From Candidatus Daviesbacteria bacterium RIFCSPHIGHO2_02_FULL_43_12 (GTDB lineage: Bacteria > Patescibacteriota > Microgenomatia > Daviesbacterales > UBA10151), in the NCBI GenBank assembly GCA_001776775.1, contig MFDD01000014.1, forward strand, positions 126,053 to 190,052: DNA of 64,000 nucleotides. Direction: 5' to 3'. Position numbers and translations under genes: made by a program. The first letter of the stretch is position 1, and every line of letters starts with the position of its first letter. The notes under the pieces are model-generated. The model had not been told where the DNA came from and ran no database searches. It saw only the letters and a program-made list of their open reading frames with translations. This document shows, one piece after another, positions 56,122 through 64,000 of this stretch.

Positions 56122-57059
56122 TCTAAGGCCACCTTTAAATTAGCTAGATTATCTTTCATGACAGTCAGGTAGTTTTTCCCACTGGCCAGATCTTCTGGGG
56201 TCAGACCTTCCAGCGGATTTAGGACCAGGGTTTTAGTACCAGTTTCGGAGGCAATAGTTTCGGCCAGTTTCGGACTAACTAAACTTTCAAAGAAGATATA
56301 TTTAATCTGACGAACTTTAACAAACTGCGCCACTTCGGCAAGCTTAGCGGGGGAGGGTTCTTCGTCCGGAGACAGTCCGGCGATAGCGATCTGATTTAAG
56401 CCATAAGCTTCGGCCAGATAGCCAAATGCCACATGGGCGGTCACAATATCTCTCCTCTGACAACTACTTAAACCCTGTTTATACATCATATCTAGCTCAT
56501 CTAGTTTAAGTTTAAGTTGGCTGGAGCGATCTGTATAGTAAGCCATATTTTGAGGATCTATTTTTTGCATAATCTGGGTAATTTTATCTGCTTCTATCTT
56601 CGCTAGAGGCGGACTAAGCCAAATATGAGGATCTAGAAAGACGACTTCACCATCCTCGGTCAGCTGTCTTGTTAACAGCCCTTCCGCCGCTTCCAGGACT
56701 ACTATTGGCTTGTCTTTGAGAGTATCTTTAATTTTATCCCCCCAGGGTTCTACTCCTCCATTTAAAACCAGCAGCTGACTATCTTCGATACGAGCTAAAT
56801 CTTGGGTGGTTGGCTCGTAGTCATGGGGCTCTGCTCCAGCCGGAGTAATATTGGTCACACTTCCCTTATCTGCTACAACCTCTGAGGTAAAAAAGTAGAG
56901 TGGATAAAAAGAGGTAGTGATATTAACTTTTCCGACAGCAGATTGCTTAAAAGAAGAAGTTTTATCAACATTACTTTTAATAAAGTAGCCTAAAATTACA
57001 GCGACAATTATGATGATAAAGACGATAAAAATTAGTCTGTTATTCATACTTGCTGGCAA
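56112..57059 (-). CDS. znuA: Metal ABC transporter substrate-binding protein (ZnuA/TroA family)
   Basis: Signal/TM, then the cluster-9 SBP pattern with conserved His/Asp/Glu (EPHDYEPT, DPHIWLSP). Confidence 0.7.
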   Translation of the reverse strand: MPASMNNRLIFIVFIIIIVAVILGYFIKSNVDKTSSFKQSAVGKVNITTSFYPLYFFTSEVVADKGSVTNITPAGAEPHDYEPTTQDLARIEDSQLLVLNGGVEPWGDKIKDTLKDKPIVVLEAAEGLLTRQLTEDGEVVFLDPHIWLSPPLAKIEADKITQIMQKIDPQNMAYYTDRSSQLKLKLDELDMMYKQGLSSCQRRDIVTAHVAFGYLAEAYGLNQIAIAGLSPDEEPSPAKLAEVAQFVKVRQIKYIFFESLVSPKLAETIASETGTKTLVLNPLEGLTPEDLASGKNYLTVMKDNLANLKVALECL

Positions 57060-57508
57060 GTTTTACACAACCCAAAAAATTCCAGTGAATGATTTAAAAC
57101 TTTAAAGTGGGTATTTTTGGTAATTTTTTGCTCTTCTTCGTCTAATTCTCTTTCTAGTTCATAATCTAGGATATCTTCGCATTTGATACAGACTAAATGG
57201 TGATGATGAGTCTCTCCTTCTATCTCAAACCGCTTCTTATCTTCCCCTAGCTGAATCTCCTTGATAATTCCTTGCTCTTTAAGAAAGGTTATTTCTCTAT
57301 AGAGGGTGGATTTGTTGGCTTTGAGTCCTTGATTAGAAAGATTTAGCTCTAGCTCTGGTACAGATAGAGGAGTCCTGGTTTGCAGGAGGGACTTAAGTAA
57401 GGCGCTTCGTACTTTAGTCTGTTTAAAGCCAGCTTGTTTAATCTTGGCAACTATCTCGGATAATTTATTCACTTTCAGAGCATAATGCAACTTAGTTGCA
57501 TTTGTCAA
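57044..57508 (-). CDS. zur: Fur-family metalloregulator (Zur-like)
   Basis: DNA-binding helix VRSALLKSLL, the metal sites HHHLVCIKCEDI and a C-terminal CKTC. It sits directly upstream of znuACB. The start is a probable TTG. Confidence 0.75.
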   Translation of the reverse strand: MTNATKLHYALKVNKLSEIVAKIKQAGFKQTKVRSALLKSLLQTRTPLSVPELELNLSNQGLKANKSTLYREITFLKEQGIIKEIQLGEDKKRFEIEGETHHHHLVCIKCEDILDYELERELDEEEQKITKNTHFKVLNHSLEFFGLCKTCQQV

Positions 57509-57575
57509 GATAAGATTTTAGAACCCAGCCCAGATTTGCACAGCCTATAAAAATGAAGTATACTTCATTTTTACT

Positions 57576-58532
57576 ATGCTTCAAGAAACTACTATTGTTA
57601 CTATTGGACATATTACCAATGACCTGGGCCAAGACGAGGTCCCTGATCATCTCGGAGGCGGTGCTGCTTATTCGGCTGTAGCTGCCAAGAATCTGGGGCT
57701 TGATGTACATATTGTCACTAAATGTCCGCCGGATCACCCCTATGTCGAAGAGCTTCGTCATAGGGGCATCCATGTACACGTTCTACCCTCTCCACTGGAT
57801 CGAATTACCACTTTCCGCAATAATTATAACCAATGGGGACATAGACAACAGAAATCTCCAGAACAGCAAGAGCCGATATCTATAGCTGACTGGGAAGCTT
57901 TTCCGCATCAGGCCATGGGAGGTGCAAGTATCCTAGTTGCTCCGGTGGTGGGAGAAGTCGATCCCCAACTTTTTCCCATGCTCGCGAGCATGGGTTCTTT
58001 AAGTGTTACTCCTCAGGGATATTTTAGAAAGATTAATGAAGAAGGCGCAGTTTCACAACAGCCCTGGGCAGAATCTTCTGCTCTTGGGACTGTCGGGCTT
58101 ACAATCTTAAGTGATGAGGACTTAGGTAATGCAGGTAGGATTGATTTAGCTCAGCTTAGAACAATTCGAGCCACTAAAACGACAGTAGTTTTGACCCAAG
58201 GCTCAAGTGGAGCGACCATCTATGAACCTGGCCACCAACCGATCTCAACGGACTGTTTCCGCCTTCAGCCAGAAGAGGGTCGAAATTTTACCGGAGCCGG
58301 AGATATCTTTGCCGCTGCAATGTTGGTTTGTCGAGCGAGAGGATCAATCGTCAGGAAGGCCGTCACTAATGCACATCTTTTTGCAGCCCTCAAGATTGCT
58401 GGGCCGGGCGGTGACGGGATCGAGTCAATACCCACCAGGCAACACTTTGACGACTTTATGGCTGACCAGGCACCAAGAGTAAGAACGTTTATGACTAGAT
58501 CAGGCGTGCGTAGACTTAATTTGTTTAAGTAG
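57576..58532 (+). CDS. PfkB-family carbohydrate/nucleoside kinase
   Basis: N-terminal GGGAAYSAVAAKNLG and C-terminal GAGDIFAAAML (the anion-hole GAGD motif) are diagnostic of ribokinase/PfkB kinases. Confidence 0.6.
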   Translation: MLQETTIVTIGHITNDLGQDEVPDHLGGGAAYSAVAAKNLGLDVHIVTKCPPDHPYVEELRHRGIHVHVLPSPLDRITTFRNNYNQWGHRQQKSPEQQEPISIADWEAFPHQAMGGASILVAPVVGEVDPQLFPMLASMGSLSVTPQGYFRKINEEGAVSQQPWAESSALGTVGLTILSDEDLGNAGRIDLAQLRTIRATKTTVVLTQGSSGATIYEPGHQPISTDCFRLQPEEGRNFTGAGDIFAAAMLVCRARGSIVRKAVTNAHLFAALKIAGPGGDGIESIPTRQHFDDFMADQAPRVRTFMTRSGVRRLNLFK

Positions 58533-59127
58533 AGTTGAGTCTTGTTGGGTTTTTGAAGATTTTGCCATGGCCGGGAATGATTGGGTCAGCCTTTTCTAAA
58601 ACAAGATCTCGAGATTTCATCAAAGCTTTTTCATCGGTAGCATATGGATCCTTGAAGCTTAATAAATCCTCTTTCGTTTCTGACTTTTGTTGACCATCTT
58701 CCCACCAGAAGACATCACCAGCGATACAAATTACTCCTTCTTTGGTACTTACCAACAGTGAGGAATGATCAGAAGTATGTCCGGGGGTGGGTAAAATAGC
58801 GATATCTGTCCCAGGAATAAAATCCGAATGAAAGTATTCTTTGTCTTTTCGCCACTTAATAGTCCCCTCATAGATGTCTAAATTGGGAAAGAGGTTGATA
58901 TTTAAGAAATGATCCGGGTGGTAGTGGCTAATGTAGATCAAGCTGATCTCCTCTGGTTTGATATTCAGTTTAGCTAAGCCTGCCAGAAGCAACTCCTTAT
59001 TAGCCCCTGGGTCGACTAGGATCTTTTTATCCGATGTCTCGATGAGCGAGGTAGTTGAACTGGCTAAGAATGAGTCGTTCGGTCCAGGACGAGCATAACC
59101 TTCTACTAAAACTGTCACCTTATTCAT
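58525..59127 (-). CDS. MBL-fold metallo-hydrolase
   Basis: ISHYHPDH (HxHxDH), later HTSDH and a terminal GHG are the metallo-beta-lactamase-fold zinc ligands. Confidence 0.7.
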   Translation of the reverse strand: MNKVTVLVEGYARPGPNDSFLASSTTSLIETSDKKILVDPGANKELLLAGLAKLNIKPEEISLIYISHYHPDHFLNINLFPNLDIYEGTIKWRKDKEYFHSDFIPGTDIAILPTPGHTSDHSSLLVSTKEGVICIAGDVFWWEDGQQKSETKEDLLSFKDPYATDEKALMKSRDLVLEKADPIIPGHGKIFKNPTRLNST

Positions 59128-59391
59128 TAGAAGGATTATACCAGAAGATATTTTAGCTACTTTTTAAAACTTTGTCAGATGAATTGGATCCTCACCCAAA
59201 AAGCATATCAGGTGAAGCTATAAGCTCCCCTTTTTTTCGAGATGAGAGAAAACGGAGTTTGCGGCGAGCCAATAGATAAAGCAGCCGAGACCTGACCGAG
59301 CGGTTTTTATTAAGATATAGCGAAAGATATGTTTTCATAATTAATTAAACAAAGATACAAGAAGGTTTTTCCATCTAGGGTGGCCCTTTGT

Positions 59392-59724
59392 TCATTTTGA
59401 GCACTCCTGGCATTTGGCGGCGGTGGCAATAATCCGCAGCCTCTGGGCGTCAATCTGCTGACCACACTTTTCGCACCGCCCATAGCTGCCTTGTTCTAAC
59501 CTTTGCAAAGAGTGCTGAATCTCTTTGAGCAGATTGCCAGAGTGAGCTTTGACTTCCATACGAAGAGGTGCTACCTCTGTTAACCACATTTGATGTTCAG
59601 CCGAAGAGACTTCAGAAACTGAATCTCTTAAGAATAGGTCTTCTGTTGCGAAGGAATCTAACCTCTGGAGAAGCTGTTTTTTCTGCTCTTCTAAGGACTG
59701 TTTTATTTGGTTTAAATTGCTCAT
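59392..59724 (-). CDS. DksA/TraR-family C4 zinc-finger protein
   Basis: N-terminal coiled coil, then CEKCGQQI...AAKCQEC (C4 finger); 110 aa. Confidence 0.6.
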   Translation of the reverse strand: MSNLNQIKQSLEEQKKQLLQRLDSFATEDLFLRDSVSEVSSAEHQMWLTEVAPLRMEVKAHSGNLLKEIQHSLQRLEQGSYGRCEKCGQQIDAQRLRIIATAAKCQECSK

Positions 59725-59806
59725 ATTAAATGAGTTTATGTTAAAGACATAGAGTCACACAGTAATAGTGCTCACAATTAGCCTGTGAGAATTCTTACAA
59801 GATGGA

Positions 59807-60487
59807 TTGTTTAAATCTCTGGCTTGGGGTAAAATTGATCTGATGCAAGAAGGTGCCTTGATGGAGACATTTTATGGTGGTTTCAAATTAATCCACTACA
59901 AAAAAGGGGAGGTTATTTTGCATGCCGGAGATATCCCTAGAGGAGTGTTTTCTTTGGTTAAAGGCTACGTTCGCCAATATTCTATTTCTCCGGAAGGTGA
60001 GGAATTTACTTCCATTATTTTTATGCCGGGAGATTTTTTTCCGAGTATCTGGGCTGTGCATGGCAGCGAATTTCTTTATTATCTGGAAACTCTAACTCCC
60101 GTTGAGCTAAGATGTGTCCCCCGTGATGAGTTTTTGTCATCTATAAAGTCTCACCATGAGATGTGTTTTAACTTATCCAGCAAGATTCTGGTTAGAATGG
60201 GTGGCTTGATGACCCGGATGGAACATCTGGTGTTCGGTAACGCGGCAGACAAGGTAACCTCTATCTTGATTCTTTGTGCAGAAAGATTTGGACAAAAAAG
60301 CGGTCAGGGAGTCGAGCTGCCGATGGTCTTATCTCATAAACAGATTGCTAGTTTAGTAGGGGTTAGCCGGGAGACGGCCAGTGTCGAAATTAAAAACCTA
60401 GAAAGAGAGGGATTTGTGGGGTATAAGAAGCGGCGAATTGTGATAAAAAACATTGAGGAACTAAAATCACACTCACTGCTAAGATAG
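59807..60487 (+). CDS. Crp/Fnr-family transcriptional regulator
   Basis: cNMP-binding beta-roll (GEVILHAGDIPRGVFSLVKGYV) and a C-terminal HTH (HKQIASLVGVSRETASVEIKNLEREGFV). Confidence 0.7.
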   Translation: MFKSLAWGKIDLMQEGALMETFYGGFKLIHYKKGEVILHAGDIPRGVFSLVKGYVRQYSISPEGEEFTSIIFMPGDFFPSIWAVHGSEFLYYLETLTPVELRCVPRDEFLSSIKSHHEMCFNLSSKILVRMGGLMTRMEHLVFGNAADKVTSILILCAERFGQKSGQGVELPMVLSHKQIASLVGVSRETASVEIKNLEREGFVGYKKRRIVIKNIEELKSHSLLR

Positions 60488-61066
60488 TCTTCCTAATTTA
60501 CGAGTAGTTAATTTGTGTTTAAGAATTACCAGCGCGATCGTTAAATTTACAAAAAACAAGGCTGTGGGAAAAAGAAAAGTGGCCAGGTTTAACCTTTCCA
60601 AAGCCAGAATAGATAATCCATGACGGAAGATATTTAGAAAATAGGTCATAAATGTTTCACTACGGGGAGATTTGATAGTCTTGCGCAGAGTTGGGACAGC
60701 GGCTGAGACGTCGATTAAGGTAATAATTATTACCGAGAGCGTGGGGTCTTTAGTGAGTATCCAGGGGATAATCGCCAGCAAGGCCCCTCCAAAAAAGAAC
60801 TTATCTGATCTGGTGATATCTTTGCTGCCTTTTTTGAAGGCGAGTATGGCAATAAGGATGGTCATTAGACCGGTGGCGGCAGTGGTCCAGGAACCGGCTC
60901 CCCCACCTTTTTGCCATTGACCTAAAAAGGCGATTATCGTCATTACTGCCCAAATGATCCAGGAAAAGACATGTGGCTTGGTTTTGTTTTTGAGGATATC
61001 TAAGATGTAGAAGCCGTGGCCGATAATAGTTAAGATAACGGCGATAATTCCGATAAGCTCTTTCAT
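60479..61066 (-). CDS. Integral membrane protein (hypothetical)
   Basis: 195 aa with six hydrophobic helices. Confidence 0.3.
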   Translation of the reverse strand: MKELIGIIAVILTIIGHGFYILDILKNKTKPHVFSWIIWAVMTIIAFLGQWQKGGGAGSWTTAATGLMTILIAILAFKKGSKDITRSDKFFFGGALLAIIPWILTKDPTLSVIIITLIDVSAAVPTLRKTIKSPRSETFMTYFLNIFRHGLSILALERLNLATFLFPTALFFVNLTIALVILKHKLTTRKLGRLS

Positions 61067-61119
61067 GAGTCTGCAGAGATTATACTCGTGAAATTAGAAT
61101 AATTAAAGGACATCAAGGG

Positions 61120-62184
61120 ATGGCATCCAGATTTGCATATTGCTATAAGACATGTTATGATCTGGTGGTATTTACAACTATGGCCTCAGAAACAGATGGA
61201 CCAACTATTATTCATCGAGCCAAAGAACAAGGACCACCCGGATGGCCAGTTCGTTTGGTAGCTATGGCGGTGAGACACGGCGAAAAACAGGGCGAGGGGT
61301 TAACCTTAAGAGGAGAATTGGCTGCTGCCACTAAAGGTGTCCTCCTCAGAAACTCTGGTGACTTCGCAGGGCTAACCACTAAACCCTACGTAAGCCCAAA
61401 GGATAGGACTGTCCACACCATTACCCGGATTATGAGACAGGTAGACCCAATGTTTGATGAAACACAACCAATGCGAGCAAAGGGCTTACTGCTTGGATTT
61501 GGCTCAGCTGGAGAAAGAAACCCGGAAGATAATTTTTGGGGTGTAGAAGGACAGAGAACGGATGCTGTAGTTACCAGAGATCAAGAGATTCGAGATCCTG
61601 CTTTACTTGGCAGATCTCGTGATGAGCTTGAAGAAGAAGTTATTAAAGAATGGCTGAGGGGTGAGGACAGGGAGTTGGTCGGACTTCATAACCCAGTGGA
61701 TGCTGCAGCCGATACTTCAGTTGCCGTGGCGAGAGCGATTGGCTCACTTAGTCTAGTTACATCTTCCCTATTCCCCCAAGTAAACAATTTGAGACTTGCA
61801 GGTTATGATACTGATACTTTGCCGGTGACAGATATCGTAGGTGAGCTATGGGCAAGCAGACCCTTAGTTAGAGAGAACGCTGGTCTGATCGGCGGAACGC
61901 ATCGAGGGGTTTGGGAACCATGGATGACTTCGGGAGTTTTACTTCATGAAAGCGGCAAACCGGTTACCGATATCGAAGCGGTCGGAGGGGTATTAGGCTT
62001 TTTGGATAGTGTCAGATTGGAAGCTCAACGAGATGCGGAAGGTCTTATTACGGCTAGTTTTAGAGTAGACAAGCTATCTGGAGAAGAAGGAGACTCCTTC
62101 GATGTTGATTTTAACAAACTCAATGAACTCTATACGCTTGGAGTCTGGCGAATACGTCAAAGAAGGGCTGGCAAAATCTCCTAA
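61120..62184 (+). CDS. Hypothetical protein, first gene of a three-gene unit with the PEP-utilizing swivel domain
   Basis: 354-aa ORF, noticeably more GC-rich than its surroundings. No motif I can assign. Confidence 0.3.
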   Translation: MASRFAYCYKTCYDLVVFTTMASETDGPTIIHRAKEQGPPGWPVRLVAMAVRHGEKQGEGLTLRGELAAATKGVLLRNSGDFAGLTTKPYVSPKDRTVHTITRIMRQVDPMFDETQPMRAKGLLLGFGSAGERNPEDNFWGVEGQRTDAVVTRDQEIRDPALLGRSRDELEEEVIKEWLRGEDRELVGLHNPVDAAADTSVAVARAIGSLSLVTSSLFPQVNNLRLAGYDTDTLPVTDIVGELWASRPLVRENAGLIGGTHRGVWEPWMTSGVLLHESGKPVTDIEAVGGVLGFLDSVRLEAQRDAEGLITASFRVDKLSGEEGDSFDVDFNKLNELYTLGVWRIRQRRAGKIS

Positions 62185-62211
62185 CTACAACTTTACTGAT
62201 ATAATTTCTCC

Positions 62212-62541
62212 ATGAAAGAATTAGTCCTTGAAGGTACTCCAGCTAGTCAGGGTTCCGCTACAGGCCCAGCCAAAATACTATTTCCCCGGCAAGACATCTC
62301 AGGATTTAAGGAAGGCGACATTTTAGTCACGAATATGACTGATCCCTCTATGGTCCTGGTGATGAGTATGGCCTCGGCGATTGTGACTGATATTGGTGGA
62401 GTGACGGCTCATGCTGCTATATTGAGCCGGGAATTAGGTATTCCCTGTGTAGTCGCGACAAAGCTTGGAACCAAGACTTTAAAAAATGGCGATCAAGTAT
62501 ATGTCGATGGCACCCAGGGTAAGGTTTATAAATTAAAATGA
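62212..62541 (+). CDS. Stand-alone PEP-utilizing-enzyme mobile (phosphohistidine swivel) domain protein
   Basis: GDILVTNMTDPSMVLVMSMASAIVTDIGGVTAHAAILSRELGIPCVV matches the swivel domain of PEP synthase / PPDK / rifampicin phosphotransferase (T-D-x-GG-x-T/S-H-A-A-I-x-x-R-E-x-G-I-P), with the catalytic His present. Confidence 0.6.
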   Translation: MKELVLEGTPASQGSATGPAKILFPRQDISGFKEGDILVTNMTDPSMVLVMSMASAIVTDIGGVTAHAAILSRELGIPCVVATKLGTKTLKNGDQVYVDGTQGKVYKLK

Positions 62542-63602
62542 AGAAAAACGGACAGCTATTTGAAGAGTTTATCACTGGGATATCAGCCAACGCTTTAGGT
62601 ACCTCAGCCGAGGCCGAAAAACCGTTTCCGATGACTGACTCTTTGCCCCTGTGGTATGACCTGTTTGTGATTAAAGTCGCGGAGGCTTTACAAAAAAATA
62701 AGCTTCAACCAGAACTACTCCCCACTGTTTCTAACCTGCGCTTTATTTTGTATAAAATTATGCGCTCGTATGTGGGACTGTCTGAGGAGAGAAAACGGCA
62801 GGTTCAAAAGCCTTACCAGAAAGTTTTTAATCTCTTGCTAGAAACCATTCGCAAGCTTGTGCCGATTGATTCGTTTTGTGTGCACTCTAACCTGTACTGG
62901 AGTCAGGAAGAGGTAGAAGACAGACTCAGTCAGTTAGAATTAAGCCCAGTTCAAGATCGAGAGGAATCTAGGTTGATTGCCAAGCTCAACTTAGGGCTAA
63001 CGAGCTTGGTCCACGGATTGTATAACGATATCGTCACCGATTTTGGGATCGATGTTTACGGACCGTACCAGGTAGCTATCGATGGTCAGGAGTATGCGCT
63101 GCTGGTGAAAAACTTTCCTGATCTAAACCCCCTAGCTCTTAGCTGGCCCCAGCAGTTTTTACCCAAGATCAAGCAGGTTTATATGTACTTATTATATGCA
63201 GGAACCAAATGGGAGATTAAAGGTGTCGGGTGTCACACTAACTTACTCTCCGGAAACCCAATTGATGATTTAAGAAAAGTAGCCGTGGTGGCTGATGGAG
63301 AGATATTAGATCAAAAAGAGATAGAGGCCCTAACTAAAGAAACTCTCCTTAAATCTCAAGACCTCTACATTCATATTATTGACTCTGGATTTGAGGAACA
63401 AAAGAAACAAGCCCTTTTCCAAGAGTGTTTTCAGTTTAAAAAGCTATTTGATAAAGCTGGGATAGATTGGAAACCCAGCCAGGAGATGATAGCAAGAGTG
63501 GCTGGAAAAGAGATTATCCCCACTCCGGGAGTAATCCAGGATATGACCGAATACCGCCAAAAACTTGGAGTAGATAGGTTTAAAGAAGAGGTCGTTTTAT
63601 AG
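62538..63602 (+). CDS. Hypothetical protein, third gene of the unit (4-bp overlap with the swivel-domain gene)
   Basis: 354-aa ORF translationally coupled to the PEP-utilizer domain gene. No assignable motif. Confidence 0.3.
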   Translation: MKKNGQLFEEFITGISANALGTSAEAEKPFPMTDSLPLWYDLFVIKVAEALQKNKLQPELLPTVSNLRFILYKIMRSYVGLSEERKRQVQKPYQKVFNLLLETIRKLVPIDSFCVHSNLYWSQEEVEDRLSQLELSPVQDREESRLIAKLNLGLTSLVHGLYNDIVTDFGIDVYGPYQVAIDGQEYALLVKNFPDLNPLALSWPQQFLPKIKQVYMYLLYAGTKWEIKGVGCHTNLLSGNPIDDLRKVAVVADGEILDQKEIEALTKETLLKSQDLYIHIIDSGFEEQKKQALFQECFQFKKLFDKAGIDWKPSQEMIARVAGKEIIPTPGVIQDMTEYRQKLGVDRFKEEVVL

Positions 63603-63610
63603 ACTCTGGA

Positions 63611-63829
63611 TTATGCTTTTGAATTAGCTTTGACTACAAAATAATAGATTAAAGCTCCCGCAAAATGGGTAAAGACAATCACCAGTACCCAGACTAAACG
63701 CTCTGATTGATCCTTGAACTTTCTCTGGATCGCATCTACTAACATCCAAATCCAAAAGACAGTGGCAGCTAGGCCAAATAGCCCCATGAAAGTTCCAATC
63801 GCGAGTGGGATGCCCAACCACCAAAACAT
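63611..63829 (-). CDS. PLDc_N-like small membrane protein
   Basis: Two TM helices with the WIWMLVDAIQRKFKD pattern typical of cardiolipin-synthase N-terminal-domain (PLDc_N) proteins. Confidence 0.45.
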   Translation of the reverse strand: MFWWLGIPLAIGTFMGLFGLAATVFWIWMLVDAIQRKFKDQSERLVWVLVIVFTHFAGALIYYFVVKANSKA

Positions 63830-64000
63830 AAGATAAATTATAGCAGCTTAAATAATTACTTGATTGTTTCGGATATGAGTATATAATATCTATAGATGTT
63901 GAATTTTACTGAAAGAGCCGGACGGTCATTAATAAATATAGTCGAGGTGGCTAAGACAACGATTCAAAAAGCGCCAACTTATGCAATGCAACTTCGAGAG

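Noticed and set aside
57492-57779. 95-aa minus-strand ORF spanning the zur/PfkB intergenic region
   Set aside because: It overlaps the start of the well-supported PfkB kinase gene on the opposite strand and covers the promoter and operator region. Its composition is AT-rich and it looks non-coding.
59128-59391. 264-bp intergenic gap between the MBL hydrolase and dksA, examined for an ncRNA or riboswitch
   Set aside because: I found no convincing conserved stem-loops or known riboswitch consensus by eye. It is probably just promoter or leader sequence for dksA.
1-64000. Search for rRNA, tRNA, transposase/integrase genes or a prophage
   Set aside because: I recognised no rRNA or tRNA-like sequences and no transposase or integrase motifs (DDE, tyrosine-recombinase R-H-R-Y). 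Apart from the modest GC shift at 61.1-62.2 kb, the window looks like core chromosome.

Overview
This 64 kb window looks like a fragment of a compact, low-GC bacterial genome, most probably from a reduced-genome lineage such as the CPR/Patescibacteria. Genes are short and tightly packed, with many 1-8 bp overlaps. I found no rRNA, tRNA, CRISPR array or transposase. Recognisable content is mostly housekeeping: hrcA-grpE and groES-groEL (each preceded by a CIRCE operator), lepA, murJ, rpsT, tpiA, trxA, a PcrA/UvrD helicase, metG, tatD, def, gmk, msrA and a Fur-family (zur-like) regulator next to a znuABC-type metal uptake operon. There are also cell-envelope glycosyltransferases (a MraY/WecA-like GT4, a UbiA-family prenyl-phosphate transferase, a GT2, FemAB, LCP, M23, 3D and DsbA), a PilN/PilO-like cluster with a dockerin-domain protein, and several NUDIX and HAD hydrolases. 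The most unusual region is 3.6-9.5 kb. It holds three genes carrying degenerate asparaginase/GatD-like domains, one of them an 815-aa tandem-domain protein. Next to these sit a 524-aa protein with a YbaK/ProX-like tRNA-deacylase domain and an ACT-domain protein. This looks like a possible uncharacterised tRNA- or amino-acid-linked system. Other points worth a second look:
- a three-gene unit (61.1-63.6 kb) built around a stand-alone PEP-utilizing phosphohistidine swivel domain;
- a UvrD-helicase/Cas4-like FeS nuclease fusion overlapping a Zn-ribbon/coiled-coil/PD-(D/E)XK protein;
- an alkyltransferase-like protein whose active-site Cys is replaced by Trp (PWHRV);
- a purM-like gene apparently split by a frameshift;
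- a 7-bp microsatellite inside a CDS.
All calls rest on motif recognition by eye. No database searches were run.
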